From Candidatus Bathyarchaeota archaeon (GTDB lineage Archaea > Thermoproteota > Bathyarchaeia > Bathyarchaeales > Bathycorpusculaceae), in assembly GCA_963777155.1 (NCBI GenBank), contig CAVZPM010000037.1, forward strand, positions 35,336-99,335: 64,000 nt of DNA, in the 5' to 3' direction. The notes under the pieces are model-generated. The model was not told where the DNA came from and ran no database searches. It saw nothing but the letters and a program-made list of their open reading frames with translations. Shown in pieces: positions 11,625-22,032 of the stretch. How positions within the stretch are numbered: position 1 is the first letter of the stretch; every line of letters begins with the position of its first letter. The position numbers were made by a program, and so were the translations under genes.

Positions 11625-11828
11625 AGCCAAACCCGCACTCAAACGATAATTTGGATTAGTTATAATATTAAATAAAACTATCTTTTCCCAAGAGTCTTCC
11701 GCGTTTGTTTGCATTATAGAGAATTTATCTGTCAGCTTTGAACAGAAAAGGTCATTCATATTTGCACCTAAAAAAAGGCAACCACAAACTATTAGTCTAT
11801 CACTAATAAAACTAGTTATAGACTACTT

Positions 11829-12825
11829 ATGTCAGACATTATTTCTGTGAAAAACCTCGTTGAAGTTTACTCTGATGGCAACAAAGCCGTTGATGACATA
11901 TCCTTTAGCGTGAAGGAGGGCGGTTTTTTCGGTTTTTTGGGACCAAACGGCGCAGGAAAAAGCACCACCATCAAGATTTTGACTACGCTTCTTCGGAAAA
12001 CCTCAGGGTCAGTTACAGTCGGAGGGCATGATGTTGCTAGTGGAGCCTCTGAAATACGCAAAATAATCGGTGTCCAAAGCCAAGAAACAACCGTTGACGG
12101 CGATCTAACGGGCAGAGAAAACCTTTTTCTGCAGGGTCATTTCCAACAAATGGAAAGCGTTAGACTCAAGAGAAGTGTAAATGAGCTTTTGCAGCTTGTA
12201 GGTCTCGAATCAGCCGCTGATAAACGGGCAAAAAATTATTCGGGCGGAATGAAAAAACGGTTAGATTTGGCATCAGCACTTGTTCATGAACCAAAAATAC
12301 TTTTCTTAGATGAACCAACGACGGGTCTTAGATCCGCAGTCTCGAACTGCCATATGGAGTTATTTGCAAAAACTAAACAAAGAAGAAGGCAAGACAATAT
12401 TTCTTACTACACAGTATTTGGAAGAAGCAGATAAATTATGCGACACTTTAGCGATTATTGATTTCGGCAAAATAGTGGCTAATGGATCACCCCAAGAGCT
12501 AAAACGGCAAGTCGGAGCTGATTCTATAAGAATTGGGTTAGAAAACTGCGAACGCGACCGAGGCAACGCAAAAAGTCTCATAAAAAGTATGGTTGGCGTT
12601 AAAGAAATTCTGGATTCTGAGGAATGCATCAATGTCTATGCTGAAAACGCTTCGTCATTAATTGCTGATATTGTTCGTGCCTTAGACAGCACTGACATAA
12701 GGCTTACTTCTGTTACTTTCTCTCAACCATCATTAGACGACGTATTTGTGAAACAAACAGGCAGAACAATACGGTCAGAGGCACTTGTTAAAGCCCCAAG
12801 CGCCATGTTTGGCCAGCGGAGTTAA
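11829..12825 (+). CDS. ABC transporter ATP-binding subunit (DrrA-like), frameshift near 12330
   Basis: GPNGAGKST, YSGGMKKRL, FLDEPTTGL(DP), PSLDDVF. Confidence 0.9.
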
Positions 12826-12831
12826 ACAAAA

Positions 12832-13608
12832 ATGACTTTGCTTTCAGACACTGGATTCATATTTGTAAGATACCTGAAAAAACTTGTTCGTAATCCTATT
12901 CTTCTGTTCTTTTCCCTTGTCCAACCCATAATCTTCTTGCTACTCTTCACACAATTATTAACGAAGACTTTCTAATTTTCCAGGGATACTACCACCTGGC
13001 GTAAGTTATCTACAATTTGCAACAGCAGGTATTCTTCTACAAAATGCATTCGGTAGTGCTCTTGCAGTCAGGAAACTCGATTGTGGCTGATATAGACTCA
13101 GGGTTCCTACAGAAAATGCTTGTTACACCGGTGAGACGATCTGCTATTTTACTGGGTCGGTTAACAAGTGACGCTTTTAGGGTAGCAGTCCAATCGGCTA
13201 TTATTCTGGGTTTAGCTTATGCCTTGGGAGCCTATGTTACCACCGGAATCATTGGAATTCTGCTGATCTTCTTTACAATTGCTTTCTTTGGGCTGGCATG
13301 GTCTGGAATTTCATTAGCGTATAGGTATGAAAACAAGAAGTTCCGAGACAGTATTTGCAATAGGCGGATTCCTCACATTCCCACTACTATTCTTAAGCTC
13401 AGCTTTGTTTCCAACTAGTTTTCTGCCGACTTGGGTACAAGATGTGTCGAATTTTAACCCGATAAGCTACGCAGTGAATGCTATACGAGCTTTCATGATT
13501 AATGGTTATGACTGGGGCACGATACTTCCTGCTTGGGGTGTAATCGCGTTAGTTGCCGTTGTGACTTTAAGCGCTACATTGTACCAATTCCGAAAAGTAG
13601 TTAGCTAA
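12832..13608 (+). CDS. ABC-2 type permease (DrrB-like), frameshifted
   Basis: ATG 12832 MTLLSDTGFIF...; DSGFLQKMLVTPVRRSAILLGR; PLLFLSSALFP...NPISYAVNAIR. Confidence 0.85.
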
Positions 13609-13633
13609 AGACAAAGGCGGACATCAATAGCAT

Positions 13634-13660
13634 TGGTACAATAGTGGGATTCGAACCCTC
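13634..13660 (-). other. tRNA-like 3' fragment (T-arm plus ACCA)
   Basis: Minus strand GAGGGTTCGAATCCCACTATTGTACCA; no complete cloverleaf visible. Confidence 0.4.
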
Positions 13661-13702
13661 GCAAAGTGGAGATATCACCCGCGATTCCCTTTTTTCTATG
13701 AA

Positions 13703-13756
13703 GATTTTACATTTACTCTCTTATTCTATTCAGTTCCAGAGCCTCAGCAAACCCCT
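13703..13756 (-). repeat. Structured dispersed repeat, left-arm copy in inverted orientation
   Basis: Minus strand AGGGGTTTGCTGAGGCTCTGGAA...AAGAGAGTAAA matches 22083 and 54251. Confidence 0.7.
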
Positions 13757-13911
13757 ACGGGATTGAGTGTGACACAGGAATTGATGAATAAGGTTTGAGA
13801 CGAATCCTATGACTCTTTTTTTATATTAGTTTAGTTGGATCCTTATCGGGCTCGAGGATTCACTCGTAAAGCCCCTTTTCTTTGAGCATATTTTGCTTAA
13901 GGTGAAAACGG

Positions 13912-14067
13912 ATGGAATCCGAAATCGTAAATTGGCCACATTTCGGCAAAATTACCTCAAAAACGAAACAGAACGTCCAAGAATAACGTACCCCTGAGGG
14001 CGACAAGCGCAAGGGGAAAAGCCAGAGCTGCTTCTGCTACAAATGCGGCTGCACGTTTTCAGAATGA
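13912..14067 (+). pseudogene. Decayed Zn-ribbon microprotein
   Basis: AAGGTGA SD; MESEIVNWPHFGK...QE*RTPEGDKRKGKSQSCFCYKCGCTFSE*; internal stop; WPHFG looks like an eroded CPHCG. Confidence 0.4.
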
Positions 14068-14105
14068 CTAGCAAAACATAGCTGACTAATCGAGTTTTCC
14101 GATTG

Positions 14106-14327
14106 TTATTTTCCCATAACTTTTCTAGCGGCAATTTCAATGTCTTTCGCTTTAATGGTTTTTCTTCCAGAGTGCATAGAATAATCAAGTGCCTCTTTAG
14201 CAATTTTAGTGCCAATCTCATCCAGAACTCTTTCAAGTTCCTTCGCTGCTGCTTCACTTACCCTCTCAGCTCCAGCTTTCTTACATAATCTATGCATTGG
14301 AGCCACAGCTATTTCTAATTCGTTCAT
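14106..14327 (-). CDS. Archaeal histone (HMf/HTk family), no tail
   Basis: IAVAPMHRLCKKAGAERVSEAA...A-x-x-Y-x-x-HSGRKTIKAKDIEIA histone-fold signature. Confidence 0.95.
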   Translation of the reverse strand: MNELEIAVAPMHRLCKKAGAERVSEAAAKELERVLDEIGTKIAKEALDYSMHSGRKTIKAKDIEIAARKVMGK

Positions 14328-14452
14328 ATAGACTTACTTCACAGCCTCTTTCTATTTTTAAGGCAATATTAAGCTTTGTTATCTTTTTCCGCCAATCTTT
14401 AGCAAATTATAAATACAAATTACTGCATACATTAAATCCCGAGGTTATTTCA

Positions 14453-14509
14453 ATGGCGAAGAAACCAGCTAAAAAAGAAGTAAAAAAAGCCCCAGCAAAG
14501 AAAAAGTAA
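14453..14509 (+). CDS. 18-aa Lys-rich micropeptide MAKKPAKKEVKKAPAKKK
   Basis: TTATAAATA box 14407-14415, GAGGT SD 14441-14445, ATG 14453, TAA 14509, T-tract after 14538. Confidence 0.65.
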   Translation: MAKKPAKKEVKKAPAKKK

Positions 14510-14712
14510 ACCCTCGGGATAGGAATGTTTACCTCACTATTTTTTCTTTTTGTCAATGCACAACTTAAAGAATTGTTATGGTTTAGGGCATATGGTAAGT
14601 GTGCAAAGAAAGTTCAGGTTTGATGTTGCACTAGTTTTCAGACGCACTCAACGTGAGCGCACTATTCTCATAGCGGAATAATGTTTTTCTTCCTGACTAT
14701 TAGAATGTTGAA

Positions 14713-15006
14713 TTGCTATCCATGTTGTCTGAAGATACGAAATTAAGAGACTTGCGAGAGAGAATTAGAGACGTTACCATAAACGAAAGAAACGGTTTAC
14801 TGATAATCATTATGGGCGTGTTTCTCTTTTGTTTAGGTTTAGTTTTCATTGCTATGGTGAACAACAGCCTCGTATCTGTTGGAGGAATCTTCAGTTCAGC
14901 ACTAGGCATTTTTTCGACTTTGTTTGGATTCTATGTGGTAGTGCATTATGCTCATCAATACAACAACCTGCAAAAAGAATTGGAGCTTGCGCTATCAGGG
15001 TTCTAA
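14713..15006 (+). CDS. Hypothetical 2-TM membrane protein
   Basis: 97-aa ORF with two hydrophobic helices. Confidence 0.65.
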   Translation: MLSMLSEDTKLRDLRERIRDVTINERNGLLIIIMGVFLFCLGLVFIAMVNNSLVSVGGIFSSALGIFSTLFGFYVVVHYAHQYNNLQKELELALSGF

Positions 15007-15098
15007 ATAGAACGATGGGATTTAAACTTGGGACAAGTAGCGAAGTCTCCCGCACAACCCCATTTTTGCCATTCAACTAGTCTGTTCCAAAAATTTCT

Positions 15099-15169
15099 AA
15101 AGAGATAAAATTTACAATGCCTCTTTGATTTTAGCTTCAACAGTTAAATTTATCCAGAGTCTACTCAGC
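15099..15169 (+). repeat. Structured dispersed repeat, right-hand part
   Basis: AAAGAG...CTCTTTGATTTTAGCTTCAA...CCAGAGTCTACTCAGC. Confidence 0.7.
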
Positions 15170-15222
15170 TCTGGTCTTAAACATAAATTGAAACTAAAAA
15201 AAGGGAGGGAGGTTGTTTTTTT

Positions 15223-17901
15223 TTATGGTCGTTTACGCATCATCATCAATGCCAGTATAGCGCCTACCACGATTATTACAATGAATAGGCCAACTGAAAC
15301 TGGGATGAAGTACATATCGGCTACTGATTGTTGTTGTGTTGTGGGTTCAGCCGTTGGATTTGCCTGGATGTCGAAGGCTACGGATGTTTGAGCTGATGAG
15401 CTATAGTAAGAATTTGATCCACCGAAGGATGCTGTTACTGTATATGTTCCTGGTACGTCGGGTGTGAAGGTGTATGAGTATTGTCCGTTGGCGTCGGTTG
15501 TGGTTGTTCCTATGACAAAGTAGTTGTTGTTGGGGTCAATGTATGAGAGTGTAACTGGAACACCTGTGGCGTTTGTTGGTTTAGGTGACTGCATGTAGAG
15601 GTATTCCATCCATCTGGCCATTGAATCGTCAGAGACTGCTGGTGTGCCTGCCGCAGGGATGCCAAGACAGGTTTGACCCGGAGACTGGTCTGTGACTGTT
15701 CCTGTGATCATGATCTTTGCGTTGTTGTTAATGACTGGCGCTGTCGCGACTGTTGTTGCGGTCTGTCCTCTGCCGTAGCAGTAGATTGAGTTGTCGTAGC
15801 CGTTAAAGGATAGCATGTAACCGTAGACGACCGGTAGACTTGAGCCGCTGGCAAAGTTGAGTATGTCCCAAACTTTTTCGCCTGTTGTTGCGTTAAGAGC
15901 ATAGATTTTTGCACCGCTGAATAATGGTGGGCCATAGTCGTGTCCTGTTTCAACGTAGATCATACCATCAGCTACTGAAGCTTCATAGTTGCCGATGATC
16001 CAGAGTGGGTTTACTCCGTATGGTGTGTCTGGTGTTTCGCCCGTACTCCAGTTCCAGATCTTCGTGCCTGTTGTCATGTCGAAGCAATAGACTTCTCCGC
16101 CGAAAGTCCATGTATAGAGTTTTCCGTAAGCACAGACTGCGCTGGTTTGGTCGTAATAGGCTAAGGGGTTCTTCATGGCTTCGGTTGGACCCCATACTTT
16201 GTCTCCAGTTGCTACACTGAATCCATCGAAAGTGAATGTTTCTTTTGTGTATCTTGCAAATGTGCCATTTGATGCGCCTGGCATTACCATTGTTGCTGCG
16301 AAAGGCGTGTTTGTAATGTTCTTAATCCATGATTGCTGACCATTATCCATGTCAACAGCGACATGCATTACCCATCCTGGGTTCCACCCATAAGATGCAT
16401 ACATTCCGGTACTGGTAGTCAATATGATCGTGTTAGTATCTGGATCCCAAACAGCGTGACCTGCACCATCAAGTATCCAGTTGGGAATCGCATCGCCAGT
16501 TGACGTCTGGTTTGGAAGGATCGTTGACCACATTATACCGTCGTTGTATGGGTAGTTGCCGTTCTGTTGCCAGTTAAAGAATTGACTATTAGCTTTGTTT
16601 GTGCATTGGCTTGAATTCCATAAGTTCAGATATTGCCTACTCTTTCCACCGAAAGTAGCAGTGCTTAGATATAATTGCAGTAAACTACCGTCTTTTCCCA
16701 TGAATTCCTGTCTTCCAAATGATCCACTGCCGCCGCCTCCCTGTATGCTGTAACAGTAGTTGCCTGTGGCTGCATCAAAAACGTCAAGGTATGTTACTCC
16801 AGATGTAGTTCTGGTTGCCCAGAGGTATGCTTGTCCACCGTAAGTGTTGTATGTCTTGTATATGTAAATCTGTCCGCAGAGTAGTATATCCTGTGAACCG
16901 TTCGAGAAGTAGTTGTTATAATTCTTTGTCCAAAGAGATTTGCCTGTTCTAAGATCGACAGCTGTGAAACCCTGATCCAACGAGTTGAAGTTTGGCTTTA
17001 GATTGTAGTAGAGTATTCCATTCATTATGATTGGTGCGAATTTAGGTTGATACTGAAAGCCTGAGTAATAGTTAGTTTCCGCGTTTCCTATGCCACCAAA
17101 TTCGCCGCCTAGCTGACCACCGACATTAGATCCTGGAACGACAGTATCCTTCCAGATGATGTGTGGAGCTAAGACTGCTTTGGTGTATGGGTTGAAACAA
17201 CCTGCAAAGGTATAGCCGCCTGTGTTTGCAAATTCAACATCACCAAGTCCCCACCAGTTGCCAGAGAATTCAGTCCACCAGTGGTTGAAGGCTTGTACGG
17301 GGTGTTGCCAATAGTCTGCTGGAAGCGGATTTTCCGGAATTGTAGTGTAGGGTTCATTCACAACAGTGAAAGTTATGATAGAACTTTCAGATGCTCCGTA
17401 GACGTCGCCAATAGAAGGACTAGTGCTGCTGTTGAAGCCGGGGTTTCCTTGAGCACCAGTCATGACTTCACCTGGGAATTTCATTTGAGCAGTGTATGTG
17501 CCTAATATGCTAGGGGTATATACGGCTGTGTAGCCTCCTGCGTCGTCTGACTTAAATGGTCCTAAGGTTTCTTTGCTGCCATCGGGCTTAACAATTTCAA
17601 TTTTCATGTCGATCCATCGGTCACCTAAGACGCCGTTTGCTGTTGGCGGTGGTTTATCAATCCACATTACCATCAAGGCGTTTTGGCCGATACCAACTGT
17701 GTCTGGGACTACTTGGAGGTAAGCCCAAGTTGGGATTGTGGTTCCTGGGAATAGAGCTGAGTTCGAGGGGGATATAGTTGTTGCCGCAATTGAGAATATC
17801 AATAGCGTCGTAATTGCAGCGAGAGTTTTTTTAACAATTTTATGCATTTTTTCTTCTCCTTTGTTTATTTGGCAAAAATAGCGCTGGCTACTGTTTGCCA
17901 A
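15223..17901 (-). CDS. Secreted PQQ-type beta-propeller surface protein (paralog 2); true start probably MHKIVKK at ~17847
   Basis: Intact 892-aa ORF with the same architecture as paralog 1. Confidence 0.9.
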   Translation of the reverse strand: MANSSQRYFCQINKGEEKMHKIVKKTLAAITTLLIFSIAATTISPSNSALFPGTTIPTWAYLQVVPDTVGIGQNALMVMWIDKPPPTANGVLGDRWIDMKIEIVKPDGSKETLGPFKSDDAGGYTAVYTPSILGTYTAQMKFPGEVMTGAQGNPGFNSSTSPSIGDVYGASESSIITFTVVNEPYTTIPENPLPADYWQHPVQAFNHWWTEFSGNWWGLGDVEFANTGGYTFAGCFNPYTKAVLAPHIIWKDTVVPGSNVGGQLGGEFGGIGNAETNYYSGFQYQPKFAPIIMNGILYYNLKPNFNSLDQGFTAVDLRTGKSLWTKNYNNYFSNGSQDILLCGQIYIYKTYNTYGGQAYLWATRTTSGVTYLDVFDAATGNYCYSIQGGGGSGSFGRQEFMGKDGSLLQLYLSTATFGGKSRQYLNLWNSSQCTNKANSQFFNWQQNGNYPYNDGIMWSTILPNQTSTGDAIPNWILDGAGHAVWDPDTNTIILTTSTGMYASYGWNPGWVMHVAVDMDNGQQSWIKNITNTPFAATMVMPGASNGTFARYTKETFTFDGFSVATGDKVWGPTEAMKNPLAYYDQTSAVCAYGKLYTWTFGGEVYCFDMTTGTKIWNWSTGETPDTPYGVNPLWIIGNYEASVADGMIYVETGHDYGPPLFSGAKIYALNATTGEKVWDILNFASGSSLPVVYGYMLSFNGYDNSIYCYGRGQTATTVATAPVINNNAKIMITGTVTDQSPGQTCLGIPAAGTPAVSDDSMARWMEYLYMQSPKPTNATGVPVTLSYIDPNNNYFVIGTTTTDANGQYSYTFTPDVPGTYTVTASFGGSNSYYSSSAQTSVAFDIQANPTAEPTTQQQSVADMYFIPVSVGLFIVIIVVGAILALMMMRKRP

Positions 17902-17989
17902 CGCTTAAACGGTATCTAATGTTTTATTATAAATAACTTGCTAGAATCGTCAACCAACGTTAGGGGTAGATTAACCCGATGTTCGGGCT

Positions 17990-18056
17990 AGGAAAAATCT
18001 AAAACCTCTTCGATCGCAGCTTCAATCGCGTAATTTTTAACCGGAGCGTACTCAGC
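17990..18056 (+). repeat. Structured dispersed repeat, right-hand part
   Basis: AAAACCTCTTCGATCGCAGCTTCAAT...CCGGAGCGTACTCAGC. Confidence 0.7.
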
Positions 18057-18126
18057 TCATTTTTTTCTCTAATGTTTGTTAAGGACTAAAAAAAGGGGAA
18101 AGATAGTTTTTATGGCTGTAGAGTTT

Positions 18127-20778
18127 TTACGGTCGTTTTCTCTGGAACAATATTATCAAAGCGCCAACCACGATGATGACAATGATTATAGCAGCGACAG
18201 ATGGAACGAAATATTGGTCAGTAACAGATGGTGATGCTGTCGGAGCTGGAGTTGCTGTTGGAGCAGGTTCACTTACTGTGAAGGATGTTTCAGCTGCTGA
18301 AGGATAGTAAGATTCGGAACCATCAAAGCTTGCGTAGACAGTGTAATCGCCGGGTATGTCTGGAGTCCAAGTGAAAGTGTACATGCCGCTGCCGTCGCTT
18401 GTGGTGCTGCCGATGCTTCTGTAGTTTCCGTTAGAGTCAAGAACACTGATGTTAACCTTGACACCGGTAGTGTTTGTTGGGCATGGCTGCTGCATATAGA
18501 CATACTCCATCCATGCACTCATGCTTTCGTCAGAAACACATGGGACACCAGTTGGGAAGTTTGTGGCTTGTGCTAGTTGTTTTGTGCCAGCAGAGATATC
18601 CACAATTGTACCTCGTATCACCATTTTTGAAACGAAGGGTTGGACTTGAACGGTCATTTGCGATGGCCCTTTGCTATATGCGTATATTTGGTTATCGTAT
18701 GCATTCAACGCCATCATGATGTTGTCCACGATTGGAGCCCCATTTGTCACGTCAAAGCCTAGTATCTTCCAAATCAGTGATCCGTCTGTAATGTTTAGTG
18801 CCAGTTGTTGTGCTCCTCGGAAAAGAGGCGGACTGTACTCATGGCCCACGTTAAGGAAATATACGCCGCCAGCAATAGACCCACCGCTGAAGACCCAAAG
18901 TGGCCAGACACCATAAGGAGTATCAGAGCCAGCTTCGCCGATGAGCGTGTTAGTATTTGTATACCAGAGTTCTTCTCCTGTCAATATGTTAACAGCCCAC
19001 ACGTCGCCTCCAAAGCCAATTATGTACATTACGCCGTTAGCAAGTTCTGTTTGGTAGCCTCCGATGCTGTTGTAAGGATTCGGTACTGGGAAATTGCCGT
19101 TGTCGCCTGAAAGCTGTACTGGACCCCATACAAGAGATCCTGTGTTCAAGCTGAAAGCTCTGATTGTTCCTTGGGTTGCCTCAAGCCTAATTTCTAGTCC
19201 ATATCCGACTTTTGTGATTTGGTCTCTTACGAAGGCGCCTAATGTTCTGTTGGTTAGCCATAATTGTGTTCCCGTGTTAGAGTTGAAGCCTGCTTCGATG
19301 CCATAGCCAGTGTTGAAAGTTCCAGACACGTCTGGTGAGGGCACTGCAGTCATAAGTACAACACCGCTGTTGACAGAGTTGATTGCCAGATTCTGCGGTA
19401 GTGGAACGCCTGAAAGGTTAGTTGGTAATGGTACTGTCCATACTATTCCCCGCTTGAAGTCAATGACGCTGTTTTGGAGAGGTCTCCAATTCCAATTCGC
19501 CACTGTTGTTCCAGGTATGAATTGACTGTTGGGGTATAGAATCGCTTGTGTCGAGTTCCACATGTTCAGTGTCGGTGCAGTTGGAATTGAAGCGTTTACG
19601 TAGTAGCCTATTATATTGCCGCTTTGATCCTCTGTAAGCGTCATCGCAGAGCCGTTGACAATGCTAAGAATGAAATTGCCTGTTGAAGCGTCCCACAGAT
19701 TCCAAATAGCGCCATTTACGCTTGGACCAGTTCCGAGATTAAACGGATTGATTAAGAGAGGGTTGCTCCACAAGTATGCTGTTGACCCAAACTGGTTGGG
19801 GTTCACCATCTGGAGTAATTGTCCGCACCTTAAAATGTCAGTAGTATTCTTTGTCCATAGAGTTTGTCCTGTACGTATATCTACTGCAACCCAGCCGCCT
19901 GGGGAAACATATGCTCCAGGATAGGTAACGTAGTACATTATGCCGTTTATGATGATTGGTGCCCATTTTGGCTCGTATTGCGAAGTTGAGTAGTAGTTGC
20001 TTGTGTCGGTGCCTCCGAATTCTCCTCCAACTAAGCCTCCGAATGCAACTGGCTTTGTCCAGAGAATGTGCGGCGCCTTTGGCGCGTCAGAGTAAGGATT
20101 GTAGTTTGAGGTGATGTTGTATCTTCCAGTGTTAGCAAATGAGTGTGCTCCGAATCCTAGCCAGTTTCCAGTTATAGAAGACCATACACCGTTTCCTGCT
20201 TGTACGGGGCGAGTCCAGAATTGTGTTGGAAGTGGATTTGTCGAAATAGGAGGTATTGCTTCTTCCTGAACTGTAAGAACAACAGTCGGACTTGTAGATG
20301 GTTGGAAGTAATCGCCAATATAGGGGCCAAAACCGCCGTTGGCTCCTAATAGTGTTTCACCTGGATAGCTGAAAACAAAACTGTAATTGCCAAGTTTAGT
20401 AGGGGTATATAGTGTGTAGGTTCCGCCGGTATCGTCAGAGGTAAAGGGACCTAATGTTTCGGTTGTTCCATCTGGGTGTGTAACTGTCACTTTAAAATTG
20501 TGCCATCTATCTCCAGTTGCTGCAACAGCAGTTGGTGGTGGGATTTGGAGCCACATGCCAATGGTTACTGTTTGACCAAGACCCGCTGGGTCAGGTGCAA
20601 CGTTAATGAAAGCATACGTTGGAATTTGCCAAGCAGGTGAATGAGCATTAGCACTTGGTAGTAATAGTGTTGAAGTTCCTGTAGATGCCATCAAAATTGT
20701 TACAATCAAAATAGCCATAGATTTACTAGTCAGTTTTTTCATTTTTCTTTTTCTCCTTTTTCTTTCTGGATACGACAT
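18127..20778 (-). CDS. Secreted PQQ-type beta-propeller surface protein (paralog 3); true start probably MKKLTSK at ~20742
   Basis: Intact 883-aa ORF with the same architecture; N-terminus close to paralog 1. Confidence 0.9.
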   Translation of the reverse strand: MSYPERKRRKRKMKKLTSKSMAILIVTILMASTGTSTLLLPSANAHSPAWQIPTYAFINVAPDPAGLGQTVTIGMWLQIPPPTAVAATGDRWHNFKVTVTHPDGTTETLGPFTSDDTGGTYTLYTPTKLGNYSFVFSYPGETLLGANGGFGPYIGDYFQPSTSPTVVLTVQEEAIPPISTNPLPTQFWTRPVQAGNGVWSSITGNWLGFGAHSFANTGRYNITSNYNPYSDAPKAPHILWTKPVAFGGLVGGEFGGTDTSNYYSTSQYEPKWAPIIINGIMYYVTYPGAYVSPGGWVAVDIRTGQTLWTKNTTDILRCGQLLQMVNPNQFGSTAYLWSNPLLINPFNLGTGPSVNGAIWNLWDASTGNFILSIVNGSAMTLTEDQSGNIIGYYVNASIPTAPTLNMWNSTQAILYPNSQFIPGTTVANWNWRPLQNSVIDFKRGIVWTVPLPTNLSGVPLPQNLAINSVNSGVVLMTAVPSPDVSGTFNTGYGIEAGFNSNTGTQLWLTNRTLGAFVRDQITKVGYGLEIRLEATQGTIRAFSLNTGSLVWGPVQLSGDNGNFPVPNPYNSIGGYQTELANGVMYIIGFGGDVWAVNILTGEELWYTNTNTLIGEAGSDTPYGVWPLWVFSGGSIAGGVYFLNVGHEYSPPLFRGAQQLALNITDGSLIWKILGFDVTNGAPIVDNIMMALNAYDNQIYAYSKGPSQMTVQVQPFVSKMVIRGTIVDISAGTKQLAQATNFPTGVPCVSDESMSAWMEYVYMQQPCPTNTTGVKVNISVLDSNGNYRSIGSTTSDGSGMYTFTWTPDIPGDYTVYASFDGSESYYPSAAETSFTVSEPAPTATPAPTASPSVTDQYFVPSVAAIIIVIIVVGALIILFQRKRP

Positions 20779-20929
20779 CTATAACAAAGTTAATTTAAAA
20801 CTTACGATAGACCAACAAAAGCATCTGACAAAGAAAACAAATAACTACAGAATAGTCGATATTGTACGAAAAAAACACCAAACATAAAACAGGAAATACT
20901 TAAATGACGCCCCACAATCAAAATGATAA

Positions 20930-21910
20930 ATGGTTATCTCAACGAAAGAAATTGATCACATTGATGCAACAATAATAAAGGAACTACTCATAGATGGTCG
21001 AAGAAATTTCACTGAAATTGCAAAACAATGCAAACTATCAAAAAGTGTGATACAGAAAAGATACAAAGAACTAAAAAACGCAGGCATAATTGTTGGCGCC
21101 ACGGTTCAACTGGATTACCCAAGCTTCGGCTATAATGCAGTAGGCAACATTCTATTCAAAGTCGAGCCTCAGCAGGCGGACCAGATCGTAGAGTATGTAA
21201 AAAAAATGCCAAATATCCATGCCGCTTGGCGAACTGCCAGAACCTCCGAAATAAATGCTGTAGTAACAATGGAAAGTCTCGAAAAACTAGAAAATATCAA
21301 AGAAAGCATTAGGAAAATACCGTCAGTTTTGGAACTGAGAACCTATATCTGGACAGGCATAAGAAATATCAGAGAAAACTTGGCGATAGCACCTCTAGAA
21401 GTGCTGAATAAAACAAATGGACATATAACAAATAAGTCCAGAAGAACGGAAAGTAAAACTGACCAAACGGATAAGCGTATAATTGAAAAACTTGCAGTCA
21501 ATGGTCGAATGTCCTTTAGGAAGCTGGCGAAAGAACTGGCGATTTCAACAGATACAGTTGCAAGAAGATATGAAAAACTGAAGAGAAACGGCACAATTAA
21601 GGTTTTAATTCAATTGGATACAGCAAAGATTGGGTACCATGGGTACGCCACTTTCTACATTGCATTTGTATCTCAAAGCAGCTTGATTTCAATGGTAGAG
21701 AATCTCTGCAAAATCCCCGATATAGTTTTGATTATTCAAACCAGTGGAAGTTTTGACCTCTTGGTGGAAGCTATGATAAAAGATCTTGATCAATTATTAT
21801 TCCTTCAAGATAATATTGCAAGTATGCCTGGCGTCGCAAGGAATGAAATGCATTTAAGCAGACCTACCGCCGTTTTTCCCACTCCCCGCGAATACATATC
21901 AACATTCTAA
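20930..21910 (+). CDS. Tandem (double) Lrp/AsnC transcriptional regulator
   Basis: Two HTH+RAM units: IDHIDATIIKELLIDGR...; TDQTDKRIIEKLAVNGRMSFRKLAKEL...TSGSFDL. Confidence 0.9.
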   Translation: MVISTKEIDHIDATIIKELLIDGRRNFTEIAKQCKLSKSVIQKRYKELKNAGIIVGATVQLDYPSFGYNAVGNILFKVEPQQADQIVEYVKKMPNIHAAWRTARTSEINAVVTMESLEKLENIKESIRKIPSVLELRTYIWTGIRNIRENLAIAPLEVLNKTNGHITNKSRRTESKTDQTDKRIIEKLAVNGRMSFRKLAKELAISTDTVARRYEKLKRNGTIKVLIQLDTAKIGYHGYATFYIAFVSQSSLISMVENLCKIPDIVLIIQTSGSFDLLVEAMIKDLDQLLFLQDNIASMPGVARNEMHLSRPTAVFPTPREYISTF

Positions 21911-22032
21911 AAAATGCATAATGCTTTTTTTCTAAAAAAGAAGCCTCATGCCAGCTAAGTAATTTCCACAAACGATATGCGAAGAAGATAGTAGAAAAAA
22001 GGAGTTTTGCACGTGATATCTTCACATCAAAC

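Noticed and set aside
14297-14452. Upstream extension of the 70-aa track ORF 14297..14509
   Set aside because: It overlaps the histone start and promoter; TATA and SD point to ATG 14453.
18273-19924. Many short ORFs antisense to or nested in propeller genes (also in thermosome and mgtA)
   Set aside because: Shadow ORFs of long coding sequences.
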